Below, piece after piece: positions 12,439-25,181 of a stretch of DNA of 64,000 bases. The stretch is taken from assembly GCA_965644295.1 (NCBI GenBank), contig CBFFRP010000077.1, forward strand, positions 124,001 through 188,000, given 5' to 3'. This DNA comes from Paraphysomonas bandaiensis. Its lineage: Eukaryota; Protista; Chrysophyceae. Below the pieces are notes generated by a model. That model was not told the DNA's origin. It ran no database searches and saw nothing but the letters and a program-made list of their open reading frames with translations. The number at the start of each line of letters is the position of its first letter. Position 1 is the first letter of the stretch. Made by a program: the position numbers and the translations under genes.

Positions 12439-13272
12439 ATGTCCTTATGGTCCTGGGAAGCATCATACCATTATCTATCAGGCGAGTGCCAATTAAAAGA
12501 TAGGGAGATATTCCTAGTAGCCTCATGGGGGGTTTACTTTATAATGTTCTACTTACACGGATGGTTTTTTGTTTTAGCTGATTGGTTTGGATTCTTAGAC
12601 AAATATTCGATTAGAAGTGGAAAGAAACGACAGCCAAGTATGAAGAAACAGTGGGACGCTATTCGGGAAGCGACAATTGATACATTTGTGATTAAACCAG
12701 TGTTGCTGTACATCACCTATCCTTATATTTCTGAGCCATATATTTCGTTTGGAACTGTTCCACCCATGTCTAAGTGTATTATTGACTGGTTGTCGATGGG
12801 ATTCATATTTTCCACATCATTGTTTGTAATTCATTGTGCCCTGCACAAAATTAAGTTTTTGTACAAGCACGTGCACAAAAAACACCACTCATTCTACGAA
12901 TCTGTCGGATTCACTAGTCAGTATCACCATCCCGTTGAGGCATTAGCTTCTGCCCTGCATGTCATATGGGGGATATTGATTATTCGCCCCCACTTTATCG
13001 TCTATCTCATTTTCTTAAGTACGACTCTCATCGAAATAGTGGATGCACACTGCGGGTATGAAGTACCCTGGCACTGGATATACCCTTGGTCTGGTGTTTA
13101 CCCTTGGGGAAGTGGTCCGAGGCTCCATGATTACCACCATTCACATAATATAGGCACCTTTGGAGGTGGGCTAGTTGGAATATGGGACAAAATTTGTGGC
13201 ACTGATAAGGAATTTCGTGCGTTTGAGAAGCACAGGATGTCAAACTTTCAATCGAAAACTCATCGATCGTAG
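12439..13272 (+). CDS. Fatty acid hydroxylase/sterol desaturase superfamily protein (C-4 methylsterol oxidase ERG25-like)
   Basis: His boxes HCALH, HKKHH and HDYHH; motifs YHHPVE, DAHCGY and WDKICGTD. First ATG is at 12439. Confidence 0.9.
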   Translation: MSLWSWEASYHYLSGECQLKDREIFLVASWGVYFIMFYLHGWFFVLADWFGFLDKYSIRSGKKRQPSMKKQWDAIREATIDTFVIKPVLLYITYPYISEPYISFGTVPPMSKCIIDWLSMGFIFSTSLFVIHCALHKIKFLYKHVHKKHHSFYESVGFTSQYHHPVEALASALHVIWGILIIRPHFIVYLIFLSTTLIEIVDAHCGYEVPWHWIYPWSGVYPWGSGPRLHDYHHSHNIGTFGGGLVGIWDKICGTDKEFRAFEKHRMSNFQSKTHRS

Positions 13273-15100
13273 TCATTTTATGCTACTCGACACTGTTATT
13301 GGTATGGTCTAACTTTACGTATTACCTCGATTACTTGACGTCCATGTCAGCTATGTTTTATTCTATTCTATTCTTCTATTGTATTGTGTATGAAGATGAC
13401 GTTGTGGTGGGGTGTTGTTATGCTATGACACTAATCATTTCCTTTTTGCCTGATATATTATAACTGCTTCTATTTGTACGGCTGAATGTATAATGGTATG
13501 TGCACTTAATTACTATGTATGGTAACTAGCGATGTAGTCGTTGGTAATATGTTCATAGTTAAACTACTTGTTCGCTGTTACTGATGTCGCTGTTGTTCTT
13601 TGCTTGAAATGATATAGGTTAAGGCGTTTGGTTTATAATCCGTTGTGATTAATACAGTAGTTGAAATGCTCTAGTAGTTAGAATGAAGTGCAATGAAAAA
13701 ATATCAGATGCACTGAAGTGCTATAAGGTCGTGATTGTTGTTTACCATGAACTTAATCAGGTTGCAATGCATGATGAGATATGACTGATCACCATTAAAA
13801 ATTAATGAAGTGTTATGTTTATTGACTTTAGTTACCATCTTCAAATGTTATTAATAGCAATTTATCCCAGTCGCGCTGGTTTATTTTTGTGATCGTGTGG
13901 CTTTAGCAACTGCTTTGTGTCTGTAGTCTGTTATTAAATTATTCTTGCAGTAGCACAGTACTGACTGAATAAGACTGGCTGAATTTCGTTAAGAGAGATA
14001 TAGTAAAAATTATGATGTTGTAGCACTGTGATTGAGAAAACACATCAATCACCAACACCAACATTCTGTTCTACAAATCGTCTCTTTAACAGCTACTATC
14101 TACTATATTCTCAGTTTCTAATAGCTACTCCTATATATGTATATTTATATGTCCTGTTTATTCTGTATTTCATTGTTACATTTTGATATATAATATCTAC
14201 AATAAATGCACTCCAACCACAGAAGGTACTGATGAAATAGCAACTGCGAGATGTTGAAATTCGTACATAAGTGTGATGATGAATGAACAGTTGAAGTCGC
14301 ACGAAAGGCTTATTGCCTTTATTAGCATCATCATCATATTTTTATACAATACGCTTAACCTCTGCTAGTGCACCTGATTGAAAGATGTGAGTATGATATG
14401 AGGCACACAATATCCTCTCATAAGCACAATGTAACCCGAACCCTGAAAGAACTGGATTCCACTCCCCTTTAGCACTTATACAGCATCAGATATGGCACTT
14501 AAACTCTCCTGAAATATTCTTGAAGTTGTTGCGAAGTCCTGGCTATGAAGTTTGATCGCTTGCATTGACACATCATCCACATCGTCAGGCGAAGGGTGGA
14601 ATATAACTTGAAGTGTTTAATGATTTTACTCATGATTGTGGTTTCTCTTTCTCTACAATCGTGTAATAGTGTAATATAATGAAATCACTTATATATGACT
14701 GACAATATCATAATTAAGATAGAAGTGAGCTTCTGTTTTACCGAATATTGAAGTTGAATACCATGGAATGTCTATGCCCTGTGCAGATACGAGCTCTCTG
14801 TGGAGACCAAATCAGGTCAAAAAAACTTTTTTTGAGACAAAATGGGGATAATATCTACCTTCTTCGTGTATCCGAATACTTAAACTCAAGATTTTATTTC
14901 AATAGTCATCGATTTATGAAAAAAGGTTATAATTTAGAACGTTAAGTAAATGCATGATAAAAGTATATGAATGGTGAGATTACTCCAATGGCCATTCTGT
15001 GTAACAAATATACGTAACATATGTTGTTTGAAATTGCGTTAAGTATTGACACTAGATACTAGCAATTTCATATGTGTATTCAAAGTGGGCTTCTAGCGTA

Positions 15101-16332
15101 CTACCTCGGCTTCGTAGAACACGTAGATGTGGTATGGTCTCCAACAGAGAACATGTCGCATATATCACTTTCACCACAGGACATATCAGTTGTACTACGG
15201 GAAAGGATGTGTGTTTTGAAGAACCTGACATAATGTAGAGAGGGTGGCCCTCCACTATATGTGCGTGGTATGCTGAGCATAACAAATTGGGGGAAACGAA
15301 TTGATGCTGCTGATTGTAAAGCCCATAGCTGAGTATTTTCACCTTTCCCTCGTACTACATTCGGTTCCTTAGTTAGTGGATGTCCTCTGGGACGATTTGA
15401 TTGTCTATGTCCGGTACCCCAAGGCTCACTGGTTTTGATCGTCTTAACTTCCTCCCAGTATCGCATATCTCGCGACACTTCCACCTGAATAACTCTTGGG
15501 CTGTCGGAGTCAATATAAGATGCAATTTCTACTCCACATAATTCTAGGGATGCCTTATGTTTGAGCTCAAACACGATCCACCAAGGCTCTGATGTCCCTC
15601 CTTGAAAGGTAACGTAATTTGAATAGCTATAGTCTAACACACTCTCTATTGAGTAGGGACCACCGGGTTCTTTGCTACACTTCACTACAGTTTCTACTTC
15701 CGTCCAGCCATTTCTAATAGCTCTATGAGAAAGGATTCGAGGAGCTGAAATACAATAAAATGTCAATTACTATGTAAAATTCAGCACATACAAATCTTAC
15801 CACATTGTTTACCAGCCAAAGTTCCCTCACATGTATCCGTAGACGGTGTATTAATAAGTCGAATATAGTGCAGGCTTGGTCCCTTGCCATTGTGAGTCTT
15901 CATCACATCTATGCGGACGTATCGAGCATGAATAGGGGCTGGAAGTGACCAACTTTGAATCGAATCGTGGGTTTGAGCTCCAAGCTCTTCATTCGACGCA
16001 CAACCAGTTCCCCATGGTCTACGAATGTGAAACTTTGTCACTAACTGCCAGTTCTTATTATCATTCGAGTATTTAACTTCAATTAATTTTGGGCTACACT
16101 CCGCATTAAAGCTAGCGATATCAATGCTATATATCTTCCCCATGCGCTCTGCTACTTCAAAAGTAACCCACCAAGGCTTTCCAAACACAGAGTGGAAATC
16201 AGCATAGGAATCAAGATCGAAAGATAATAAGTTTTCCGCAGGTTTATCTGGTACAGTTTTATGGGCATTTTTGATACACACCCGCCCTCCATCATACCAT
16301 AGAATGGATCCGTGAGATGATCCGCAGCCCAT
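15101..16332 (-). CDS. N-acylated protein with two tandem galactose-binding-like (F5/8C / DOC-type) domains; exons 16332-15801, 15744-15101
   Basis: Starts MGCGSS. A GTAAG..CAG intron joins two homologous halves (WW.xFE...IAS...SPxxIxV..S.D...W...PWGTG...PSLHY(I/V)R). Confidence 0.75.
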
Positions 16333-16868
16333 TCTATAATTCAAGTGTACAGAAGTGGTGTGCTTTACTCAATATTCATGTACTGCTGCGGAGGAAGTGA
16401 ATGAAGTGTTGTTATACTTCTTAACCCTCTACGTAGCCTACATACAGCTCACGACACACGTATGTAAGAGATAATTCTGTTGAAGGATATTCGTCACTGC
16501 TCCTACCTTCTCACACTTCAGTACGTACGAAACTTGAAATCCTTTCTACTCTGTATTTTATACTCCAGAAAACCTCCAAATGACACTAAAATCCCTATAA
16601 TTTGACCAAAGAGCTTGAAATCCGGTATACTGCCATATACACCAGCCACACACACGACATTAATACAGTGTATACTTGGCACCAGTACGACTCAGATGAG
16701 AATACACCAGTGTCCACATGCCCCGCTGCCCCTCGGAATGGGAGATATAAGGGGAGTTATACCTACCACTTCCCTTTATCTCCTCTAATTGAATGGCATT
16801 GCAATGAACAATGGAGTATCACACAGAGTGATATAACGTTCATTATCATGATGACTCGACAGTAGCTG

Positions 16869-18183
16869 ATGGGGGCTGGATCCTCTTCAACTACTCGCAA
16901 AATGCGAAACTTTGCGATTGAGTCAACTATCGGTGAGAGTTCATATGGTGGAGTCATTAAGAGGGCCACTCATGTCCCTTCAAAACTACAGTTTGCACTG
17001 AAAATAATCAATATCGAGCAGTGTGTAGAGAGGCCGTCTGGAGCTGAAGTATTGCAAAATGAAATTTCATCGCTGAAGATGTTGTCTCATAATGCCTTCT
17101 TGTGCAATTTGCTGTACGCATATCATGATAAGATAAATTGCATTCTCGTGTTAGATTTACTGGAAGGTGGTGATCTCCGCCACCATTTGAATGATAACAT
17201 TGAATTTACTGAGAATGATGTTACTTTTATTGGTGCTTGCATTTCATCAGCCCTGAATCATATACATAATCGGAGGGTAATTCATAGAGGTGAGTTCGTA
17301 CAACTTTTGACTGTATTAACTGTAATGCTTTTGTGCAGACGTTAAACCTGAGAATATTGTTCTGGATGGTCAAGGATATCCTAGATTGACCAATTTCAGC
17401 TTATCCTACAACAATTCATTGAATATGATATGTACGGAATCAAGTGGAACGACCGGTTACATGGCACCAGAAGTGTTAACATCTAACCATTCCCATAGTA
17501 TCGAAAGTGACTTTTGGAGCTTAGGAGTTGTGATGTTTGAACTTTTGTTTGGTGCAAGACCTTTTCGTAAACATTGCCCAAAGCATTTTGTCTCCTTTGT
17601 AGAGGACACTTACAAAGATTTTTGGGCGACGGACGCACACTGTGTTGGAGATTTCGGCTTCACCTCCACCCGTACGTGCACTGACGACTATTCTTTTAAT
17701 GCTAGCATGCGCAGCACTGCTGATTTATCAGAGGACTCGCGTAGGAGCATTACAAATCTGCACCTACCGAAGGCTATGATCATTAAAATGCCGAACATGT
17801 CAATTTGTGGTGAGCGAGTGACACCTGCCGTGGTGTCAGTTATCCGTGGACTCATGGATGTACGAGTGCCGCAAAGGCTGGGTGCTGGCTCCAACTATGG
17901 AGCTCTCCAACGCCACCCATTCTTCCGTGTTGTGGACTGGCACAGTCTGCAAGATAAGAAAATTGTTTCTCCTCTTCACATTGATGTCAATGTTACTCGG
18001 CTCTGTTTGGAGCAGATGCATGCCCGCAAGGAAGGCGGATATTCTTCCAAAATTCCGTCGAAATTTACATACAAAATCCAGGAAATCGTAGACCAGTACT
18101 ATTATTGTTCTTCACAATACGAAGCACTTGTGAATGGGCCTTCTAAGATTATGACGGAGAATTTATCTCTTGAAGCGGAGTGA
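16869..18183 (+). CDS. AGC-group (STK32/YANK-like) Ser/Thr kinase-fold protein, probable pseudokinase; exons 16869-17289, 17339-18183
   Basis: MGAGSS start; FALK, alphaC Glu, HR|DVKPEN across a 49-nt intron, GTTGYMAPE and DFWSLG are present. The Gly loop reads GESSYG and the DFG position reads NFS. Confidence 0.9.
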
Positions 18184-18559
18184 CATACCAGAACCTCTTA
18201 TTCTGTGTTGGGAAAATACTGTGATTTTGTGACGTTGTGCGTTGAATCAAATCAGAAAGCTATATATGTGAAAGTCTGAAGTTACAACTTACGACCACAT
18301 TTTAATATCTGCGACTGGTATAATATTATTATACTAGTGAGATCAGAATGGCAGCTTTTAATAATTATGGATTTAGTCGTATGCATATTTCTTAATGTTT
18401 TGAGCCTTCAATTTAAATATTAAGTCTTGTATGTATCAATCGTGTCGGTTCGCTTGTGTTTTCGTGCACTTGGTGGAGTTTTGCTTACAGTTGAGTGTAA
18501 TAGCCAGCAATGAGGTTATTTTATATTTTATATTATGATCAATTAATTGTATATGATCG

Positions 18560-19740
18560 GTTGAAAGAATGAGGGCGATGATGGTACCCAGTAATTCGTA
18601 CGAGTAGGGTTCAAGGTCAGGTACATGGTACATCACGCGAGGGGTCCTGAAGTATAAAATCTTGATGTTTACATGACTCTCCTACTCGTCTTCCTGGAAG
18701 TCGGATGACAGCCGCCCCACCACAACGGGCCTATGTGGTGGCGTTGGTCTGGTGTGTAAGAAGTAAGAAGACGGGGAGATATGTATTCCTGACGGTAGAA
18801 TCCATACATTTCGATAACTATGAGCTTGCACCGACAGAGGAATGTTTTGCGCATAAGTGGTATGCACGTATGCACAGTACTATGACTAAAAGTGAAATAA
18901 TTATAAATCAAATTGTAGGCACTATACGTCGGCCACTATGCGATATCTATCGCAACTATAAGAAATAAAAAATAAATAACAGCACAGCAACCTGACCTCT
19001 AAAACATCTACAAATATGTTGCCTAATCAATACTTCTTGTGGACATCATCTGCTTTGATGTTGTCAGCACACCAGTTGAACTAGTTTTTGTGTCACAAGA
19101 CGTAAGGTGGAGTTTGGCACCTAACGACTGAATTGAATGGATGTGTGTGGATGAGTAGTTACCAGGATGGCAAGTGTTGCAGTTGTGAATGACGAGAGAG
19201 TGCTGGTATCTTGCGGAGGCGGCATCGAGATCAGGAGGAATGGAGGTACAAACGACTTTGTGCATGGTTATTTTCATACCAGAGAGTGCACAAAAAAATG
19301 AGATGCGATCTGCTTTCTCCTGCACTTGCTGTAGCGTGTCAGCGAGTTAGTGAAGTCATCTCCGAAAGCAATTTTAGTGCTGCTTGGGATGGTGATGGGC
19401 ATCGTTAAATAGGGGCAATACCAGAGCGGCTAGATCGGCAGCGAATTATTTGTGTGAGGGGATGAGAGTGAAGCGGACATATCGATGGGATATGAGAAAG
19501 GATTTGAAATCAGAACGTGTTGGGGTGTTCTCCAACACGGCGGAATCATAATCCAAGTGAAAATAGCAAGATGCTATCCAGTCACTGTTACATATTTTAG
19601 GCAACGAGACTATATACATGTTTTTTGTGGCTTGAAGCATAAACTAGCGCATACAAATAGCTACTTGCGCGTTCCAACCAGCATATTTAGCACTGCAGGG
19701 GTGTAACATTGAATTAGCACTTTATTTTTAACGTATTCGT
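18560..19740 (-). mobile_element. Degenerate non-LTR reverse transcriptase remnant
   Basis: Broken minus-strand frames give ENTP..SDFKSF.ISHRYVRFTL (RT motif-3-like), AFGDDF at 19352-19369 (YADD-equivalent), then QEKADRISFFCALSGMKI..K and IQSLGAKL. Confidence 0.65.
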
Positions 19741-19923
19741 CACATCTGAAAAAAACTGACGTAGTAGAAACACAAACTCCAGCAACGAACCAAGCAAAAA
19801 GAGGAGCAGTGTAAACTAAAACATCTGAGAAACAAATGATATAACTTGACAATTTAGGATTCTATTGTATAATATAAATGAGAAACACTGTAGCAGTTAT
19901 TATACTTCAAAAAAGGCCGGATA

Positions 19924-21353
19924 TCAACCAATAGCCATTGGTCGTACTGCAACCTTCCTTGATTTAGATTTATTTGTAGCCTTTTCGACACGTCTGGAAA
20001 ACATAATAAGATTAGAAAGAGTGTATTAAAACATTATTTGATTGTCTATTCATTACTCGCTACTTACTCGAATAAAACTTCCGTAAGAGAAAATTTTCGT
20101 GGGCGATTCCGGATTTCTGGCTCCCTGATGCCATAAAATAACCCACCTTTTTGTGAAAAATGTGTAGATGCTACGTACTGCACTTACATTGCTTTCGGCT
20201 TCACGGGTTTCATTTTTTTTCTTCGACTATTCGCCATACCAATTAATTGGGCCAGTTCCTTCGATCGCTGCCGAATAATACGGCCACCAGCTCTGCATAT
20301 GAAGAATAATTTTATTGTGTTAGTCATAGTACCACACAGGGGCATAACGACGTGTAGTAGAAAGACTTACCCCGTCAACGATTCAAATACAGACTTCTTT
20401 CTTGGAGGAACAACCTCAACAATACTGCAAGGATCCCTGCCTACAGAAAGCATCATTGTCACTTCCTGTTCGCCGCCTTTGCTGTCAGTACTGCATCAGC
20501 ACATTGGTGAGAATCGAATGCATCGTCGGGTGTGCAAAACTCACATAGCGCATTTTGTATACTTGCTCCCCAAGTTACCACTTGACTTCCACTTCTCAGT
20601 GAGTATAGCATGAACTGACTTATACTTGCCCCGGTACTTAGTTGCTCGGTAAGTATCGTACACACCCCACTGTCTCTCTCCTATGATTTTTTTTCGTATT
20701 TCCAACCGGAGATTGACAGCTGGATATAACAGAGCCGAGTGTTTGTTACAGAGTGCCCTGAAGTCATCCAGAGTAAACTTTCGCTTCGCATCAGACTTTA
20801 ATTTCGTCGCCATCCTACACAACATATTTACTACTAGAGAAATCTGTAAGAAAAACTTACTTCAGAGCATGAACACTATGTTCGAATCGACTTCCATATA
20901 GGTCTTTCAAAATGATTTCAGATTCTTCCCTTTCTATAGTGCCACTAGTATTTTTGTCGTATCTGCGTAGACGTCAGCTCTTAAGTAAGAATCAGATCCA
21001 AGAACTCACACATCAAACACGAAATTGACAATATATGCGTCACTGAGCGTACAAAACCCCCACAAACCAACAACAAATTCAACAAATGATATAGAATTCG
21101 AATTATTCCAATCAAATACATTAAATATGCGTTTCACAAATCCATTCGAATCTGTCTGCATAAACAAACAGAATTCACTCAAGGCAATTTCATTGGATCC
21201 ATCGTCGTCAATCGCAGTAAAGGCTTTGTAGAAGTTATACACATCAGTCTCCTCCAAACCAAGAGCTTTAAAGTCACTTTTATAAACATTAAATTCTTTA
21301 TGAGTGGCATAAAACTTCACTGGTCCGCTTCTTGATGACTGAGATGCTCCCAT
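19924..21353 (-). CDS. Myristoylated calcineurin-B-like / NCS-type EF-hand protein (multi-exon; 3' exons uncertain)
   Basis: MGASQS start. EF loops DDDGSNEIALSE, DWNNSNSISFVE and DKNTSGTIEREE. GT-AG introns are clear down to ~20540; the phase of the downstream exons is not fully resolved. Confidence 0.8.
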
Positions 21354-21574
21354 AACGCTCTATGATGGAATAGACAACAGTTGTGTCTGATATATATGAG
21401 CACTAGCAAGGGGCTCTTATATAACCCCCTATAATTCTCTTACTAGTGCATGTAGTGATCAGTCAGTTCTCCAATATATGAAGGTTACTGATGCCTATAT
21501 ATAACTATATGAAACAGCAGCTCATAGATAGAGTGAAACATGTCTAGATGTACTCCATGGTACTGCGACACATA

Positions 21575-21585
21575 TACAGCAGTAC
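21575..21585. promoter_or_regulatory. Candidate promoter element TACAGCAGTAC (exact copies also at 26528, 55684, 62198)
   Basis: I saw the exact 11-mer four times, each in a region upstream of a start codon. Shorter CAGTAC/GTACTG variants cluster in the other divergent spacers. Confidence 0.5.
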
Positions 21586-22095
21586 ATACTCATATCTACA
21601 TGTACGTAGTTGTATCTTTCCAGTTCTAGAGTTGATCCAAATACCTTATATGGTATACGACCTAAGAAACGACTTGAAATATTGTCCTCGAAAAAATACG
21701 AAATTATAGGACAATATTACACAAGGGAACTCTCCACAACAATACATTTTAGTCCAAGCAAATATTGAAGTCTCTCACTTTGCTGTAATATTACACAGAC
21801 AATAAATAAATATCCTTCGAATCAAGAGACTACTTACAAGGATCTCCTACACTACGGTACACTGTTGAAGAATTAGTCCCGGACAATATTGCATCGTAAT
21901 TTTGTAATATAACACCTATATATCTCCAATATATACCACTATATCATTGCAATGTCCATCCATTATTAAAGAAACTACTCATATATCTCCATCATCTACA
22001 CCCTACAGTTGTTTCATAATATGATCATAATAGATATCATTACCTGCATATCACATCCACTATAAAGACCTCATAGTTACTATCATAACACAACT

Positions 22096-24083
22096 ATGAG
22101 AATATTTCCAGTTGATTTTGATTATAATATCAGACTATTAATGGCCTTTACATTCCTATCAACATCTATTCGAGGGGTATGGGATCAGAATGTTATGAGT
22201 TTATTTGTTTATCTTATTACCGACAACTCGAGTGTATTGGTGGGTGTATTGGCAGGAGTGTCTGGTATTACTCAGGTATTACTAACTCTCTCATTAGCCA
22301 CATTTGCAGATAAATATCCAAGAAAATTAATTATGAAGTTAGGAGGAAGCTGTAGTTTGATAGGCATCGCTCTGACGTCGTATGCTGTTGTTGTTGGTAG
22401 TTACAAAGTTCTCGTTCTGTCGATGGTGGTTTGGGGTGCCTTCTGGGCGTTTACCTTTCCAACAACAGGGGCACTGATTGCCGACTCTGTTGCAAAAGGA
22501 AATCGATCGCGCGTGTACAGTTGGAATTGGACTATTCGATTTCTAGGGAACGCAATGGGCCCACTCGTATCGATTTTGTTGTTTGCGACCCTAGGAAATA
22601 ATTGGAATATTGTGGAGTGTAAGGTTGTGATGCTTATCGGTTTGGGACTGTTCATAGCGCCTTCAAGTTTGCTATTTCGATTCAAGGACCCACCATCTGC
22701 TATTGAAGAGAATCTTGCTAAGCCAGTGCTGGAGAAGTATGATGAATGTGATGAAACAAACAATAGGAATAATAATAATTCAATCAAGGAGGAAAACGGC
22801 AACGCAAACTGTAATTCTTCCTATGACGATGAGGAAGAAGCTTCGGTGCAATCCAACTCTACTGTATCATCTTTGAAGACCAGAGAATGTAGTGGTTTTC
22901 TTGGGATACAGTCGATTCCATATGTTCCTGCTATGATTGCACTCGCGGATGTCATTAGTGGCTTAGGAAGTGGCATGACTGTCAAGTTCTTCCCTATTTT
23001 CTTTGCTCACGACTTACACATGCGACCAGTTGAGGTATCAGGATTATTTTTGGTAAGACAATAGTGTTTCTATTGACTGTTAGAATAGTGTGGTATAGTT
23101 TAGTATACTCTGGATGTTGTAATTCTTGGTAACTTTCGTCAGGTATCCTACCTTGTCCTCTCCGCAGTCTCGACAGGTATACAACATCTAAGCAAGTATA
23201 TGGGAAGAATGTATACTACGATTCTTGCAAAGTTGTTAGGCATTTCGTTCTTTTTACTCTTGATATTGTTGTATATGAACAACGCGGGCATATGGTATGT
23301 GGATCATTTCTCGCAATACTGTGGTAGTGAAGAAATGTTTATGACTAGGCTCATATTACCATCCTACATTATAAGAACATCATTTATGAATTCTACAAAG
23401 GTGTGCTTGTTTATAATATGTGATGTCGTGACTGCGACTAATTTATTGACTGTAGCCACTAACGACAAGTGCGATTATGGATACGATACCGGTATACTGT
23501 CCTACCTACATTCCTTGATTATTGTGTTGACCCTGCAATGTTTCATAAGGCCTCCCAACGATTGCGCTGGAATTCATTGGAGTCTGTAAACCATGCATCT
23601 TGGGCAGGTATGCTTTATAGAATGTATTTTTCTCTTATTATGCTATATTCTTTGTACATTATTGAGGCTTGTGTCAGGATCGGCTGTCTTTGGAGGTTAC
23701 TTGATCGACCGGTATGGCATGAAAGTCAATTTCATGGTTACTATCATAATGCAGGCATGAATTATAGTGATAAAACGAGATGTTGGAGTAATTTTGCGTT
23801 GCATGGGCAGGTTATGGCTGTTGTTCCCGTGATATGTGTTTGTGGGCTTGTTCCACATGAAAGCGGTGCTAAAAGTTTTGGTGAATTGTGGAAGCGAGTA
23901 TTGAACTCTAAGAAGGCCGGCAGATCAGGCAATGTCCCTGTAACTCCTATTGGGTTGGGTGTTTTGCCTTCTTGGCTTAGTGACTGGCTTACAAAGCTTT
24001 TGTCGACGCCAGATGACAGTAAGAAGGGCGTGTATAGTTCTCTTTCTCAAACGGAGTTAACTGAGAAAGATGAGAGCGTGTGA
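22096..24083 (+). CDS. Major facilitator superfamily transporter (multi-exon)
   Basis: Multiple TM segments, MFS motif A (FADKYPRK), ALIADS...RSRVYS and GSGMTVKFFP. Six short introns rebuild the C-terminal half (RWNSLES, GGYLIDRYG). Confidence 0.9.
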
Positions 24084-25019
24084 TTTTATTGTGTCCCAAA
24101 CATTTGGTGATGCATGCGCTATATGTTACTGTAGTGACTCTTCATACCCACTATAAACGTGAAGTTATATACCATACGTTTTATAAAAGTAGAATGGATG
24201 TGTCAAGTATGTATCTCAAGTATTTGTGAATAGTGTACATGTAATACAACAATAATAATGTTGTTGCTAGTGAAACAGAATTGGCAAACATTGTATTCGT
24301 AGTTTTGTACTACATGTTTTAAAACATAACAAACGACCCCAAAGTTTCTAAGTAATGATTTTGACTTAGATTTCAAGTCTAACCTCATGTTTCGACTCCT
24401 ATTAATGGCAGTCGTGTAAATAATAAGTGGGGAGTGCACTTACTATTATTTCAGTGAGACGAATACTCATATATACTAGACTTTACACTAATTTACGATG
24501 ACAGAACACGTATTAATTGGCAATATTTACTCGGAGTGAAGCAACTAAACAATACTTTATTATTTTTTCAGTATGAAACAGAGTGTGTCATGAAAGTTCA
24601 TAAGTCCCTGGTTGTATCTTCTCCTGTAAAATTGGAGCGTTCACCTGCAAACATGAAAGTCGCTATCGAAAGCATTTTATCATCTATTCCTCTGTTGTTG
24701 TATTACTCAATTTACTCATGTATTGAATTCATCACTTCTGTAAATCCAGCCGGTGATCATTGACTTTGAAAAATACCACTAGGCCAATATCCAGCTATAG
24801 TAATATTATCACATACGTTTCTAGCCAAACAAAGAGCTAGAATGTGCAGTAGTAATAAATACACACACTGCACATTCTGAGTAATGGTCTCAGTCATAAT
24901 ATATATATATTGCTACCCTCCCCCAATTATAGCTCTAGCCGTCCCCAGAGAGCACAGTGTCATTATCACATCCCAGTGTTAGGAAAATATCTCCGCCCTG
25001 ACATTGATAGAGGCCACAG

Positions 25020-25181
25020 GAGTGAATGTCGTATTATTAGCAATAGGTGTTTTAAGAGTCAGGACTAATTTAGCATTGCGAAACAACTAACTAGTGCTTA
25101 ACTCTGATATCCTACTATTTAGCGCTACGAAAACTGCTTGTGCGTCACCGCAAGCACGAAGGTGCAACCTTTTTTGCTCTC
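25020..25181 (-). mobile_element. 162-bp 5'-truncated non-LTR retrotransposon 3' end flanked by a 12-bp target-site duplication
   Basis: TAGAGGCCACAG occurs at 25008-25019 and 25182-25193. The insert is homologous to 1380-1450 and to the reverse complement of 57610-57797. Confidence 0.85.

Noticed and set aside
25095-25135. Possible hammerhead ribozyme in the retroelement end (CTGA...GAAA)
   Set aside because: The core is CTGATAT rather than CTGANGA and is not conserved in the other copies.
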